This document shows, piece after piece, positions 18,289 to 27,260 of a stretch of DNA of 64,000 nucleotides. How positions within the stretch are numbered: the first letter of the stretch is position 1; every line of letters begins with the position of its first letter. The position numbers and the translations under genes were made by a program. Source of the DNA: a bacterium. GTDB lineage: Bacteria; Patescibacteriota; Saccharimonadia; Saccharimonadales; Saccharimonadaceae. Where the stretch lies: NCBI GenBank assembly GCA_030431855.1, contig JAUIII010000001.1, forward strand, positions 25,089 through 89,088. Direction: 5' to 3'. Below the pieces are notes generated by a model. That model ran no database searches. It saw nothing but the letters and a program-made list of their open reading frames with translations, and had not been told where the DNA came from.

Positions 18289-19947
18289 ATGCGAAAAAAC
18301 CCAAACTCTGTAGACGGATTTGTGCCCCGGCGACATACGGGTGTATTAGGTGAACATCACGAAAAAAGTACACCACCAGAAGGCTTTAAGCCAGTGGAAC
18401 GCCCACAACTCGGTGAGGCAGGCAAGCCGTTGCAAACGAACGAGACTTCGCAGCCTGTTGGCGTGGTGTCTCGGGCAGAAATCGACGAGTCACTTGCTGG
18501 TATAGACAATGAAGAGCCAGTAAAAAAGCGCGGTTTGTTTGGGCGGCGCAAAAAGCCACAACGCGTTGCGAAAGTGCAGAGCCGCCGTAAGAAAATTATC
18601 AAACGGAGCCTCATCGCCTTGGCGATACTATTGGCAATCGTCGGTGGATATATGCTAGTGCACTTTATTATGACAACTGGCAAAGTGTTTCAAGGTAACA
18701 TCCTCGGCTTATTCTCGAACCAGCCACTTAAAATGGATGCAAATGGACGTAGCAACGTACTGGTATTTGGTACATCCGAAGATGACCCAGGACATGAGGC
18801 GCCGTATCTTACTGATTCGATTATGGTAGTGAGTATCGACCAAAAGAAGAAGAATGCGTACATGCTAAGCATTCCACGTGATTTATGGGTTGAATATGGC
18901 AAAGCATGCCTTTCAGGCTATGAAGGAAAAATAAATGAAGTATATGGCTGTAACTCAGAACTTGGCAAAAATGAGAAAGAAGGTGCTACGGCGCTCCGCA
19001 AAAAAGTAGGTAGTATATTAGGGCTTGATATCCAATACTATGCGCACGTAAACTACAGTGTTGTTCGTGACGTCGTGAAAGCAACAGGCCCCATCACCGT
19101 AGACATTCAAGGCAGTAACGGTGATCCAGGTGTGATGGATAGCAACTTCGACTGGAAGTGCGGACCAGATTACGCGACTCGCATAAAGCGATGTCCACCA
19201 AATGGTCACTTCATTGACTATAAAAACGGTCCCGCCGTGCTGGATGCAGAACACGCATTGTACCTGGCGCAAGCGCGTGGTGATCGAGCGCCTACGTATG
19301 GCTTGAGTCGTTCAAACTTCGACCGAGAGATAAACCAGCAGAAAATAGTAAAAGCAATTCGCGAAAAGGCGCTAAGTGTTGGCACGCTCGCTAACTTCGG
19401 CAAGGTAACTGCGCTGATGGATGCGATAGGTAATAATTTACGTACAAACTTCGAGACAGCTGAGATTCGCACGTTAGTGTCACTGGCAAGCGACATTCCT
19501 TCCGAGGACATCAAGTCACTGAGCTTTATTGAACAGGGCAACGAATTGATGGTAGGGGCTGGCTTTAGCGGGGCTGTCGTACCAGCTGCTGGCATCTTTG
19601 AGTATGGTCAGATTCAAGCCTTTATAGCAAAAAGCCTCAGTAGCAATGCTGTCGTGCGCGAAGCTGCTGAAGTTGTAGTGCTAAATGGTACAGAAGAAAT
19701 TGGTTTGGCGCAAAAAGAGGCAGACATACTGACAAAGAAGGGCTATACGATCACCTCAACTGATAATAGTGCATCAAATTACGAAACGACTGCTGTTTAT
19801 AAACTAAAGAAAGGCTACGCAGGTACGAAGGCAGCACTCGAAAAACGCTACGGCGTAACAGTGCAGACAAAGCTACCGGCGGACATTACTGTCGATGTTG
19901 GCACTGTATTTGTGGTGGTACTCGGCAGCGACAAGCTACCAGAGTAA
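18289..19947 (+). CDS. LytR-CpsA-Psr (LCP) family cell-wall polymer transferase with a C-terminal LytR_C-like domain
   Basis: Basic N-terminus plus a TM anchor. LCP core VLVFGTSEDD...TDSIMVVSID...SIPRDLWV. Confidence 0.8.
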   Translation: MRKNPNSVDGFVPRRHTGVLGEHHEKSTPPEGFKPVERPQLGEAGKPLQTNETSQPVGVVSRAEIDESLAGIDNEEPVKKRGLFGRRKKPQRVAKVQSRRKKIIKRSLIALAILLAIVGGYMLVHFIMTTGKVFQGNILGLFSNQPLKMDANGRSNVLVFGTSEDDPGHEAPYLTDSIMVVSIDQKKKNAYMLSIPRDLWVEYGKACLSGYEGKINEVYGCNSELGKNEKEGATALRKKVGSILGLDIQYYAHVNYSVVRDVVKATGPITVDIQGSNGDPGVMDSNFDWKCGPDYATRIKRCPPNGHFIDYKNGPAVLDAEHALYLAQARGDRAPTYGLSRSNFDREINQQKIVKAIREKALSVGTLANFGKVTALMDAIGNNLRTNFETAEIRTLVSLASDIPSEDIKSLSFIEQGNELMVGAGFSGAVVPAAGIFEYGQIQAFIAKSLSSNAVVREAAEVVVLNGTEEIGLAQKEADILTKKGYTITSTDNSASNYETTAVYKLKKGYAGTKAALEKRYGVTVQTKLPADITVDVGTVFVVVLGSDKLPE

Positions 19948-19968
19948 GTGCTATAATATACTGAGCTT

Positions 19969-20736
19969 ATGGAATTACTAAAGACCGCCCGGCGACGATC
20001 GTTTTTGAGCGAAAGCTTCTACATATTATTGAATGTCTCGTTGGCGGCAGCTATTTTAGGAACAGTCTTGGTGACTGCCGCACCTTGGTATGCCTTCTTG
20101 CTCGTGCTACTTAGTAAATGGCGAGTCTTTGCCGTTCGTACACGGTACTGGGTTGCCAACATCCGTGCCAACATGGTCGATACTATCGTCGGTCTCAGTG
20201 TAGTTATCTTGCTGTTTACGGCCACAGGCTCACTGCTAACGCAAATAGCGCTGACGTTGCTGTATGTGGTATGGCTGCTGTTTATCAAGCCACGCTCAAG
20301 TCGACTGTATATCATCATTCAGGCTCAGGTCGGTCTCTTTCTTGGCATAGCTGCTATTATGCAGTTATCAGCAAACTGGCCATCTTCGCTCGTTGTGCTG
20401 CTTTCATGGATTATTGGCTATAGCGTTGCTCGCCATGTGCTCAGTGTCGAGCATGAAACACACCTGAACTTCCTTAGCCTGCTATGGGCATTTATTGTGG
20501 CCGAGATTGCTTGGCTAAGCTATCATTGGACGATTGGGTACAGTCTGCCTGGCAATATGCAGCTGCCGCAAGCGGCGATTATTATTACACTACTTAGCTT
20601 TTTGGCTGAAAGGGTCCATGCGAGCTATCAACGAGATGGCGAGGTGCAGGTACAAGAAGTACTACTCCCTTCATTATTGACGGTTAGTATTATTGCAATA
20701 TTGCTATTTGTATTCGGTAGCGCAGCGAGCATTTAA
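19969..20736 (+). CDS. Hypothetical polytopic membrane protein
   Basis: About 7 hydrophobic helices. TGcTATAAT lies 11 nt upstream of the ATG. Confidence 0.6.
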   Translation: MELLKTARRRSFLSESFYILLNVSLAAAILGTVLVTAAPWYAFLLVLLSKWRVFAVRTRYWVANIRANMVDTIVGLSVVILLFTATGSLLTQIALTLLYVVWLLFIKPRSSRLYIIIQAQVGLFLGIAAIMQLSANWPSSLVVLLSWIIGYSVARHVLSVEHETHLNFLSLLWAFIVAEIAWLSYHWTIGYSLPGNMQLPQAAIIITLLSFLAERVHASYQRDGEVQVQEVLLPSLLTVSIIAILLFVFGSAASI

Positions 20737-20772
20737 GCCTATTTTCAGGTTAATTCGGTAGAAAGGAGAGGT

Positions 20773-21969
20773 ATGGAAGACAAAACAGGCAATACAACAA
20801 CTAGGGAAAAAACCGTAACTTCATCGACACCGCAGCCAACAGTGCGTCGCGGTACGCTCAACCCATTTATGGTAATCGCGCTTATTTTAGCAGCCGTCGT
20901 AGCGGGCTATCTTGGTAGTTGGTATTATGGCCAAACCACGTCGACGACAACTCTGCCAACCCTCTCGGCAACAGAAGACGGAAATAATATCGTTACCGCC
21001 AATGAAGAGTCGATTGCTGCTGTCGCAAAAAAGGTATCGCCTAGTGTCGTTTCTATCTTAAGTACGTCACAACAAACATCATTCTTTGATCAATCCTATA
21101 ATCAGCAAGCCGCCGGTACAGGTATGATTGTGAGTAAGGACGGGTATGTTCTTACCAACAAGCATGTTGTTGACGGTGCTTCGAGTGTGACGGTAATCTT
21201 GCCCGACGGAACCACTTACAAAGGTGTTGAAGTACTGGGTACTGATCCTTTAAACGACATCGCCTTTTTGAAAATCAAGGATGTGTCTGATTTACCTGTC
21301 GTGACGCTTGGCGATTCAAAGACGGTACGTATTGGTCAGAGTGTTGTTGCAATCGGTAACGCGCTTGGTCAATATCAAAACACGGTAACAAGTGGCATTA
21401 TTTCAGGTCTTGGCCGTCCAGTTGTCGCAGGTAGCGGTAGCGGGAGTGACAGTTCGACGGAAAGTCTTAACGATTTGATTCAAACTGATGCAGCTATTAA
21501 TTCTGGGAACTCCGGAGGTCCACTGTTGAATTTAAAAGGACAAGTGATTGGCATTAATACTGCGATTGCAGCAGACGCACAGGGCATCGGCTTCTCGATA
21601 CCTATAGGAGCAGCAAAGGGTATGCTGGCAAACCTTGTGAAAACAGGAAAGCTAGAACGACCGTACCTCGGCATTCAGTATCTAACTATCACACCAGAAG
21701 TGAAAGAGCAGTATAAACTACCAGTGAATCAGGGCGACTATGTATTTGCAACAAGTGGACCGAGTGTCCAGCCAAATGGTCCTGCAGATAAAGCGGGTGT
21801 GAAGAATAAAGACATTATTACAAAAGTAAACGGAGTAGAGGTAGGCGCTGGCTCTAGTGTGGCGACACTCATCAGCGAGTATCAACCGGGTGATGTAGTG
21901 CAGCTTACCGTATTACGAGACGGCAAGACGCTGACCCTGAAGGCGACTCTAGGCGCGTACAAAGAATAG
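20773..21969 (+). CDS. htrA: HtrA/DegP-family serine protease with a PDZ domain
   Basis: TM anchor, trypsin-like core with TNKHV and DIAFLK, and catalytic Ser GNSGGPL. A C-terminal PDZ-like region is present. Confidence 0.9.
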   Translation: MEDKTGNTTTREKTVTSSTPQPTVRRGTLNPFMVIALILAAVVAGYLGSWYYGQTTSTTTLPTLSATEDGNNIVTANEESIAAVAKKVSPSVVSILSTSQQTSFFDQSYNQQAAGTGMIVSKDGYVLTNKHVVDGASSVTVILPDGTTYKGVEVLGTDPLNDIAFLKIKDVSDLPVVTLGDSKTVRIGQSVVAIGNALGQYQNTVTSGIISGLGRPVVAGSGSGSDSSTESLNDLIQTDAAINSGNSGGPLLNLKGQVIGINTAIAADAQGIGFSIPIGAAKGMLANLVKTGKLERPYLGIQYLTITPEVKEQYKLPVNQGDYVFATSGPSVQPNGPADKAGVKNKDIITKVNGVEVGAGSSVATLISEYQPGDVVQLTVLRDGKTLTLKATLGAYKE

Positions 21970-21970
21970 A

Positions 21971-22798
21971 CTAGGCAGCGCGAAATGCGATAGCAAAGCT
22001 GTCGCGGGCGAGCTCGCTAAAGCCGTGCGTTCGCGCATAGGAGGCAACGTCGTTAAGCTGACGAGTATCCACTTCTAGAATCAATAGTGCGCCAGGCTGC
22101 AGGCGTCTGGCGCATTGTTCAATACATCGTTTTACAATTGCTAAACCGTTGTCCCTTGCAAATAGCGCCTCGCTTGGTTCATGTGCCAACTCGGGCGAGC
22201 GTTCCCAGCTTTTATCAACATACGGAAGGTTCGCGAGTACGATATCGGGCGAATGGGGGTAGCGTGATAGAAGGTCAGACGTATATGTGTGTACTTCCGC
22301 TTGCAGCGTGGCAGCGTTTTTCTCGGCAGTGGTAAGCGCGTGTCTGCTTGTGTCTAAGAGCGCGACGTCAAGCTCCGGAAACTCCAGCTTAGCGGTAATG
22401 CCTAAGCACCCGCTACCAGTACCAATATCAACCAGTTTTTTCGCTACAATGCCCGGCAATGGCTTTGTTTGCGGGAGTAGTTGCTCTAATAGATCAATAA
22501 CTTGCTCGCTTTCTGGGCGTGGAATGAGCACGGAGGGACTAACGATAAACCGTCGACCGTAAAAATAGCGGTGACCGATAATATACGCTACAGGTACGTG
22601 GTCTTTACGAAGCTCCATACGCGCGTTCGCAATTTCCTCTTGGCGTGGTTCCAGTGATTCGTCGCCATGTGCATGTAGCCAGGTCCGTTGCTTTCGAATG
22701 GTGTGGGCTAAAATAATCTCGGCATCAAGTCTCGGTGAACTAAACATAGCATCTGCTAATTCGTCAGTCGCGTCTTTTATCCACTCGGCTATAGTCAT
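21971..22798 (-). CDS. prmC: Release-factor glutamine N5-methyltransferase
   Basis: SAM motif VDIGTGSGCLG and a catalytic NLPY (NPPY variant). The ATG at 22798 lies 6 nt downstream of TATAAT (22805..22810, minus strand). I did not adopt the 40-aa longer track start. Confidence 0.85.
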   Translation of the reverse strand: MTIAEWIKDATDELADAMFSSPRLDAEIILAHTIRKQRTWLHAHGDESLEPRQEEIANARMELRKDHVPVAYIIGHRYFYGRRFIVSPSVLIPRPESEQVIDLLEQLLPQTKPLPGIVAKKLVDIGTGSGCLGITAKLEFPELDVALLDTSRHALTTAEKNAATLQAEVHTYTSDLLSRYPHSPDIVLANLPYVDKSWERSPELAHEPSEALFARDNGLAIVKRCIEQCARRLQPGALLILEVDTRQLNDVASYARTHGFSELARDSFAIAFRAA

Positions 22799-22888
22799 AG
22801 GGTTATTATACTCCGAACAGGGGTGAAAGTACATTTGACAACGCATGGTATGAGGAGTAGGATGGACCTGTAACTTTATGTAGCGCCT

Positions 22889-23569
22889 ATGACTGTACTT
22901 ACAGAGCCAGGACAACACACAAACACACTCGAAACTAATAGATCGCCACTGCTCGATAGGGCTCGAGAAGAGCTAGGTTTTCGGGCCGTTCGCGGGCCAG
23001 ACAAGTTATCAGATGGCAGCGTTCCACCAACATTTGAAGATAAAAAGCCACTCTATGGTCCAGCGCTACACAGCTTACTAAAGGTTCTATCTAAACTCGA
23101 ATATAAAATAGCAGATGAATCGACTCAAATTCCTTCAGTAGAAACAGTTATCGAGCGTGAACTTGGCTTTAATGGGTTGCTTGGTGAGCTTACGAGTGAG
23201 CTGGACCAAGAGGCGGCAGAGCTTATTATAGCTCTTGCTAGGTTAGACGACGAATTAGCAAGGATAGACGTGAGGATTGCAGCGTATAAAGCGAAAATTG
23301 AGCGACTTGAGTGGGAGCAAAATATGCACAGAGAGCCATATAGCGATGTGCCAAAGGGCGGAAAAGTGCATATGCAGAACAATAACCCGACATCAAGCAT
23401 GAAACACCAGATTGAAATTGTCCGCGACGACATGATTCGCAGGCGTGCCGGCATTCTTGAGGAAATGGACGGAGTCTTATTGAAACAAGAATTACTGATG
23501 GATAAGACATATAGGGAGTTTCAGCAACGACCGTATAGAGTAGATGAACCAACTTCTATGGCTGGCTAG
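22889..23569 (+). CDS. Hypothetical coiled-coil protein (226 aa)
   Basis: The ORF fills the whole gap between prmC and prfA on the opposite strand. The central heptad-like region is [28 protein letters not shown]. No recognised motif. Confidence 0.55.
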   Translation: MTVLTEPGQHTNTLETNRSPLLDRAREELGFRAVRGPDKLSDGSVPPTFEDKKPLYGPALHSLLKVLSKLEYKIADESTQIPSVETVIERELGFNGLLGELTSELDQEAAELIIALARLDDELARIDVRIAAYKAKIERLEWEQNMHREPYSDVPKGGKVHMQNNNPTSSMKHQIEIVRDDMIRRRAGILEEMDGVLLKQELLMDKTYREFQQRPYRVDEPTSMAG

Positions 23570-24636
23570 CTAGCGGTATTCTGTGCTTTGAGCTCGCGTT
23601 CGGCGGCCTGCAAGCGCTCGATGAGGTCGTCGATATCACCGTTCATCGCCTGCGGTATACCACTGCGGCTGTAGCCTATACGGTGGTCGGTGATACGGTC
23701 TTGCGGGAAGTTGTAAGTGCGAATTTTTTCAGAACGGTCGCCGCTACCGATGAGCGCGCGCCGTTCGGCAGTGAGTTTGGCGTTTTCTTCATCGACTTTC
23801 ATTTGTAGTAGCCTAGAACGCAGTACGCTCATTGCTTTGTCTTTGTTCTTTATCTGCGATTTTTCGTCTTGGTTAGTGACAACCAGGCCGGTTGGCAGGT
23901 GAGTAATACGCACAGCGCTGTCCGTCGTGTTCACGCTCTGGCCACCGTGGCCACCAGCGCGGTAGACATCGACTTTTAGGTCATTCGCGTTGATCTGTAT
24001 GTCGGCTTCTTCTGCCTCTGGCAGCACTGCTACGGTCACTGTGCTGGTATGAATACGACCTTGGCTTTCGGTCGCAGGGATACGCTGCACGCGGTGTACG
24101 CCGCTTTCGAATTTTAGGAATGAATAGGGCATCTCGCCGTTTACTTCAAACACGACTTCTTTGTACCCGCCAGTGTCGTTGGCGCTTTCGCTCATTAGGT
24201 CCGTTTTAAAACCGTGAGCTTCGCACCAACGTAGGTACATGCGGTAAAGTTCTGCGGCGAATAGGCTGGCTTCGTCACCACCAGCACCTGCACGGATTTC
24301 GATAATCACGTTTTTTTCGTCGTTCGGGTCTTTTGGCGTTAGCATGACGAACAGTTGATTCTCGATAGACTCTAGCCTAGTTTCAATATCTTTTACTTCT
24401 TCCTTGGCAAGTTCGGCAAGTTCGCCGTTGCCTTCGCTGAACCCTTTGGCGTCAATTAGCTCTTGTTCGAGTTGATCGCGTCGTTCAACAGCTTCAATTA
24501 TGATTGTCAACTCATTTAATCTTTTACTCTTTTTCCCAAATTCTGCATCAGAAAAGGCATCAGGGCGCGACAAAAAGGCCGTTAGCTCGGTTTGCTCAGC
24601 TTTCAGGTCATCGATATTGAGATTTATGGTTGCCAT
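23566..24636 (-). CDS. prfA: Peptide chain release factor 1
   Basis: PxT tripeptide ([10 protein letters not shown]) and GGQ motif ([17 protein letters not shown]). Confidence 0.95.
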   Translation of the reverse strand: MATINLNIDDLKAEQTELTAFLSRPDAFSDAEFGKKSKRLNELTIIIEAVERRDQLEQELIDAKGFSEGNGELAELAKEEVKDIETRLESIENQLFVMLTPKDPNDEKNVIIEIRAGAGGDEASLFAAELYRMYLRWCEAHGFKTDLMSESANDTGGYKEVVFEVNGEMPYSFLKFESGVHRVQRIPATESQGRIHTSTVTVAVLPEAEEADIQINANDLKVDVYRAGGHGGQSVNTTDSAVRITHLPTGLVVTNQDEKSQIKNKDKAMSVLRSRLLQMKVDEENAKLTAERRALIGSGDRSEKIRTYNFPQDRITDHRIGYSRSGIPQAMNGDIDDLIERLQAAERELKAQNTAS

Positions 24637-24641
24637 ACTTA

Positions 24642-24857
24642 TTAATGTTCTCCAAACATAGCCATGTAAAAACAGACAACCGAAATGACTCCACCAACAG
24701 GTATGCTAGATATCACAATGAGTGTGCTAAGAGGGGTGCCTCCACCAAGCACAGACCACATAACTGTTTCGAAATTTAGGGCTAGAAGAAAAACTGGAAC
24801 GAGTAGAGAAATAATTCCAGCTATTATCCATTTTGATTTCGACGAAGGGCTATTCAT
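24642..24857 (-). CDS. Hypothetical small membrane protein (71 aa, 2 TM)
   Basis: Two hydrophobic helices. The gene ends 5 nt before the prfA start. Confidence 0.5.
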   Translation of the reverse strand: MNSPSSKSKWIIAGIISLLVPVFLLALNFETVMWSVLGGGTPLSTLIVISSIPVGGVISVVCFYMAMFGEH

Positions 24858-24883
24858 ATCAGTATTATACCTAAATTGCTAAC

Positions 24884-24916
24884 AAAAAGAGACCGCCATC
24901 ATAGCGGTCTCTTTTT
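24884..24916 (-). terminator. Intrinsic terminator downstream of rpmE
   Basis: AAAAAGAGACCGC / GCGGTCTCTTTTT stem with a 7-nt loop. U-runs are available on both strands. Confidence 0.65.
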
Positions 24917-24925
24917 AAAGCATAG

Positions 24926-25252
24926 CTATTTTTCAGTACTAGCTTTTTTCGCAGCTTGTGCTGACTTTTTCTTGGCTTTGTTTGCCAGTTGCTCTTTACG
25001 AGCTTCTGCTGCGGCAAATTTCGCCTTGAAGCGATCGACACGACCTTCGGTGTCGATGATCTTTTCCTCACCGGTAAAGAACGGGTGAGAGGCGCTCGAG
25101 ATGTGAATCTTTACCAGTGGGTATTCGTTGCCGTCTTCCCACTTGATAGTGTCATCTGTTTGCGCAGTGCTTTGCGTCAAAAACGCAAAACCAGCCTGAT
25201 CGTCGCTAAATACGACGGGGCGATAGTTGGTTGGGTGTATACTGCTTTTCAT
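24926..25252 (-). CDS. rpmE: 50S ribosomal protein L31 (type B, no CxxC) with a Lys/Ala-rich C-terminal tail
   Basis: [15 protein letters not shown]...HPFFTG is the L31 pattern. It lacks the zinc-binding cysteines. Confidence 0.85.
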   Translation of the reverse strand: MKSSIHPTNYRPVVFSDDQAGFAFLTQSTAQTDDTIKWEDGNEYPLVKIHISSASHPFFTGEEKIIDTEGRVDRFKAKFAAAEARKEQLANKAKKKSAQAAKKASTEK

Positions 25253-25312
25253 ATCTGAATAATTGTAGCGTAAAGGGGTGGAAATGTCAAAGGTTAGAGT
25301 GTGTAGGTATGT

Positions 25313-25377
25313 GAGAGCCCGCCAGGAGAAGCCGTGGGCGAGGGAAGACCAATCACGGTCTTTCCCGGCGGGCTCTC
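25313..25377 (-). other. GC-rich nested inverted repeat at the 3' edge of the first high-GC cassette
   Basis: An 11-bp perfect outer stem GAGAGCCCGCC/GGCGGGCTCTC encloses an inner GGGAAGACC/GGTCTTTCCC hairpin. No T-run follows. Confidence 0.5.
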
Positions 25378-25396
25378 GTAGAGGCGGGCTGCGTGT

Positions 25397-25600
25397 TCAG
25401 GCCCTCGGACGCTTTGACGTCATGTGAACGACAGGTCCTAGGGCAAGGATCGCAGTGCCCAGGAAGACGGCTGACACTCGAGCGATGCTGATGAGGGTCG
25501 TACCGCCGTCCTTGAGCCCAGCGACCCAGACGGTAGCGGTGAGGATGCACATCGCAACAACCGCGACAGTGCACCAGACGATAAGCGCTCGTCTGCTCAC
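25397..25600 (-). CDS. Hypothetical 67-aa two-TM protein with high-GC codon usage
   Basis: GTG start with AAAGGAG about 8 nt upstream. Two hydrophobic helices. By my hand count, about 47 of 68 codons end in G/C, unlike the neighbouring genes. Confidence 0.5.
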   Translation of the reverse strand: MSRRALIVWCTVAVVAMCILTATVWVAGLKDGGTTLISIARVSAVFLGTAILALGPVVHMTSKRPRA

Positions 25601-25787
25601 GGCTTTTTCTCCTTTCGGATTTGAGTACCGGACATGAACGATGCTATTTAAACGCTTGTAGATTGTTATGTCAATGCTAGCCCTTGAAAAACAGTGGAGT
25701 TTACGCTATAATAACAGAGTAACAATTTTAACGAAGCACCGTTCGGACATATCCTATACAGGCCGAGCGGGAAGGGAGAAGGATACA

Positions 25788-26489
25788 ATGGCTACTTCAG
25801 TAGACATGAAGGCTCTATTAGAAGCCGGTGTTCATTTCGGACACAAAACCAGTCGTTGGCACCCAAAAATGGCGCCATACATTCACAGCAAGCGACAAGA
25901 TTCGCATATTATTAACCTAGAAAAGACAGTCGAAGGTCTAGAAGCGGCACTGCCATTCCTCACAAAAACTGCGGCGAGTGGTAAAAAAGTACTGTTTGTT
26001 GGTACCAAAAAGCAGCACAAAGACATTGTAAAAGCTGCTGCAGAGTCTGCTGGCCAGCCATACGTCACCGAACGCTGGATTGGTGGTATGCTGACCAACG
26101 TTTCGACTATCACTAGCCAGATCAAGAAGCTGAAAGACCTTGAAAAGCGAATGGCGAGTGGCGACCTAGAAAAGCGCTACAACAAACTAGAAGTGCAGCG
26201 CTTCCAGGAAGAAATCGATAGCCTAAACGAAAAATACAGCGGTATCAAAGACCTCAGCGGTATGCCAGGTGCGGTTGTAGTGGTAGATACACTCAGCGAT
26301 GTGAACGCTGTTCGCGAAGCAAAAAACCTAGGTATTCCAGTGGTAGGCGTGGTAGATACAAACGCAGACCCAAGCGTAATCGACTACGTAGTGCCTGGTA
26401 ACGATGACGCAATCAAAGGTACACAGCTATTGCTGGACTACTTTGTAAGTGCAGTGAAATCTGGTCTTAACAAAGAACAATCTAAATAA
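25788..26489 (+). CDS. rpsB: 30S ribosomal protein S2
   Basis: LLEAGVHFGHKTSRWHPKM is the S2 signature. GGAGAAGGA SD lies upstream of the ATG at 25788. Confidence 0.95.
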   Translation: MATSVDMKALLEAGVHFGHKTSRWHPKMAPYIHSKRQDSHIINLEKTVEGLEAALPFLTKTAASGKKVLFVGTKKQHKDIVKAAAESAGQPYVTERWIGGMLTNVSTITSQIKKLKDLEKRMASGDLEKRYNKLEVQRFQEEIDSLNEKYSGIKDLSGMPGAVVVVDTLSDVNAVREAKNLGIPVVGVVDTNADPSVIDYVVPGNDDAIKGTQLLLDYFVSAVKSGLNKEQSK

Positions 26490-26588
26490 CGTAAGGGAAA
26501 AGAGCAGCCCGAGCAGCTGGCTTTGCCAGTGCCCGGAGCGATGAGAAAAACCGCAAGGTTTGTCTTATATCCCAATAAGGAGGCAAAA

Positions 26589-27185
26589 ATGGCAATTACT
26601 GTAGAAGACATTAAGAAACTAAAAGAACTCACCGGTGTAGGTTTGACCGACGCGAAAAAAGCATTGACTGAAGCGAATGGCGACTTTGACAAAGCACTGG
26701 AAGAAATGCGTAAAAAGGGCCTGACTCGCGCCGAGAAAAAAGGTGATCGTGAAGCCCGTGAAGGTGTGATTGACAGCTACGTACACGGCGGACGTATTGG
26801 TGTTGTGCTAGAACTCAACTGTGAAACTGACTTCGTCGCGCGTCTGGACGATTTCAAACAGCTAGCACACGAACTTTCTATGCAAGTTGCAGCTATGAGC
26901 CCACTGTATGTCAGTGAAACTGATATCCCAGAAGAAGAGATGGGTCGTGTAAAAGCAGAGTTGATGGCGAGTGACGAACTGGCCAAAAAGCCTGTTGAAA
27001 TGCGCGAGAAAATCGTGGAAGGTCAGGTAAAGAAGCACTTTGTTGAAAAAGTTCTGATGAACCAAGCCTATATTCTAGACGACAGCAAAACAGTCGAACA
27101 ACACGTGAAAGAAGCAATTGCGAAATTGGGCGAGAACATCCTGGTTGGTCAGTTCAAGCGAATTGAACTTGGCGTGACTGAATAG
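26589..27185 (+). CDS. tsf: Elongation factor Ts (short form, 198 aa)
   Basis: ITVEDIKKLKELTGVGLTDAKKAL is the UBA-like N-terminus of EF-Ts. TAAGGAGG SD present. Confidence 0.9.
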   Translation: MAITVEDIKKLKELTGVGLTDAKKALTEANGDFDKALEEMRKKGLTRAEKKGDREAREGVIDSYVHGGRIGVVLELNCETDFVARLDDFKQLAHELSMQVAAMSPLYVSETDIPEEEMGRVKAELMASDELAKKPVEMREKIVEGQVKKHFVEKVLMNQAYILDDSKTVEQHVKEAIAKLGENILVGQFKRIELGVTE

Positions 27186-27202
27186 TTCAGCAAAAAACGC
27201 AT

Positions 27203-27230
27203 AATAGCCCGGTATAGACCGGGCTATTTT
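27203..27230 (+). terminator. Intrinsic terminator after tsf
   Basis: AATAGCCCGG / CCGGGCTATT stem with a 6-nt loop, followed by a T-run. Confidence 0.7.
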
Positions 27231-27260
27231 GTTATAATGCACCCAAGTAGGTATGTGGGC

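Noticed and set aside
22799-22918. 40-aa N-terminal extension of prmC given by the ORF track
   Set aside because: The extension is Cys/His/Tyr-rich and overlaps the divergent ORF start. The internal ATG at 22798 begins with the conserved PrmC N-terminus and has a TATAAT 6 nt upstream.
25353-25574. Alternative 73-aa minus-strand frame inside the first high-GC cassette
   Set aside because: The product is Arg/Cys/His/Pro-rich and has no SD. The overlapping 25397..25600 frame has AAAGGAG plus GTG and encodes two clean TM helices.
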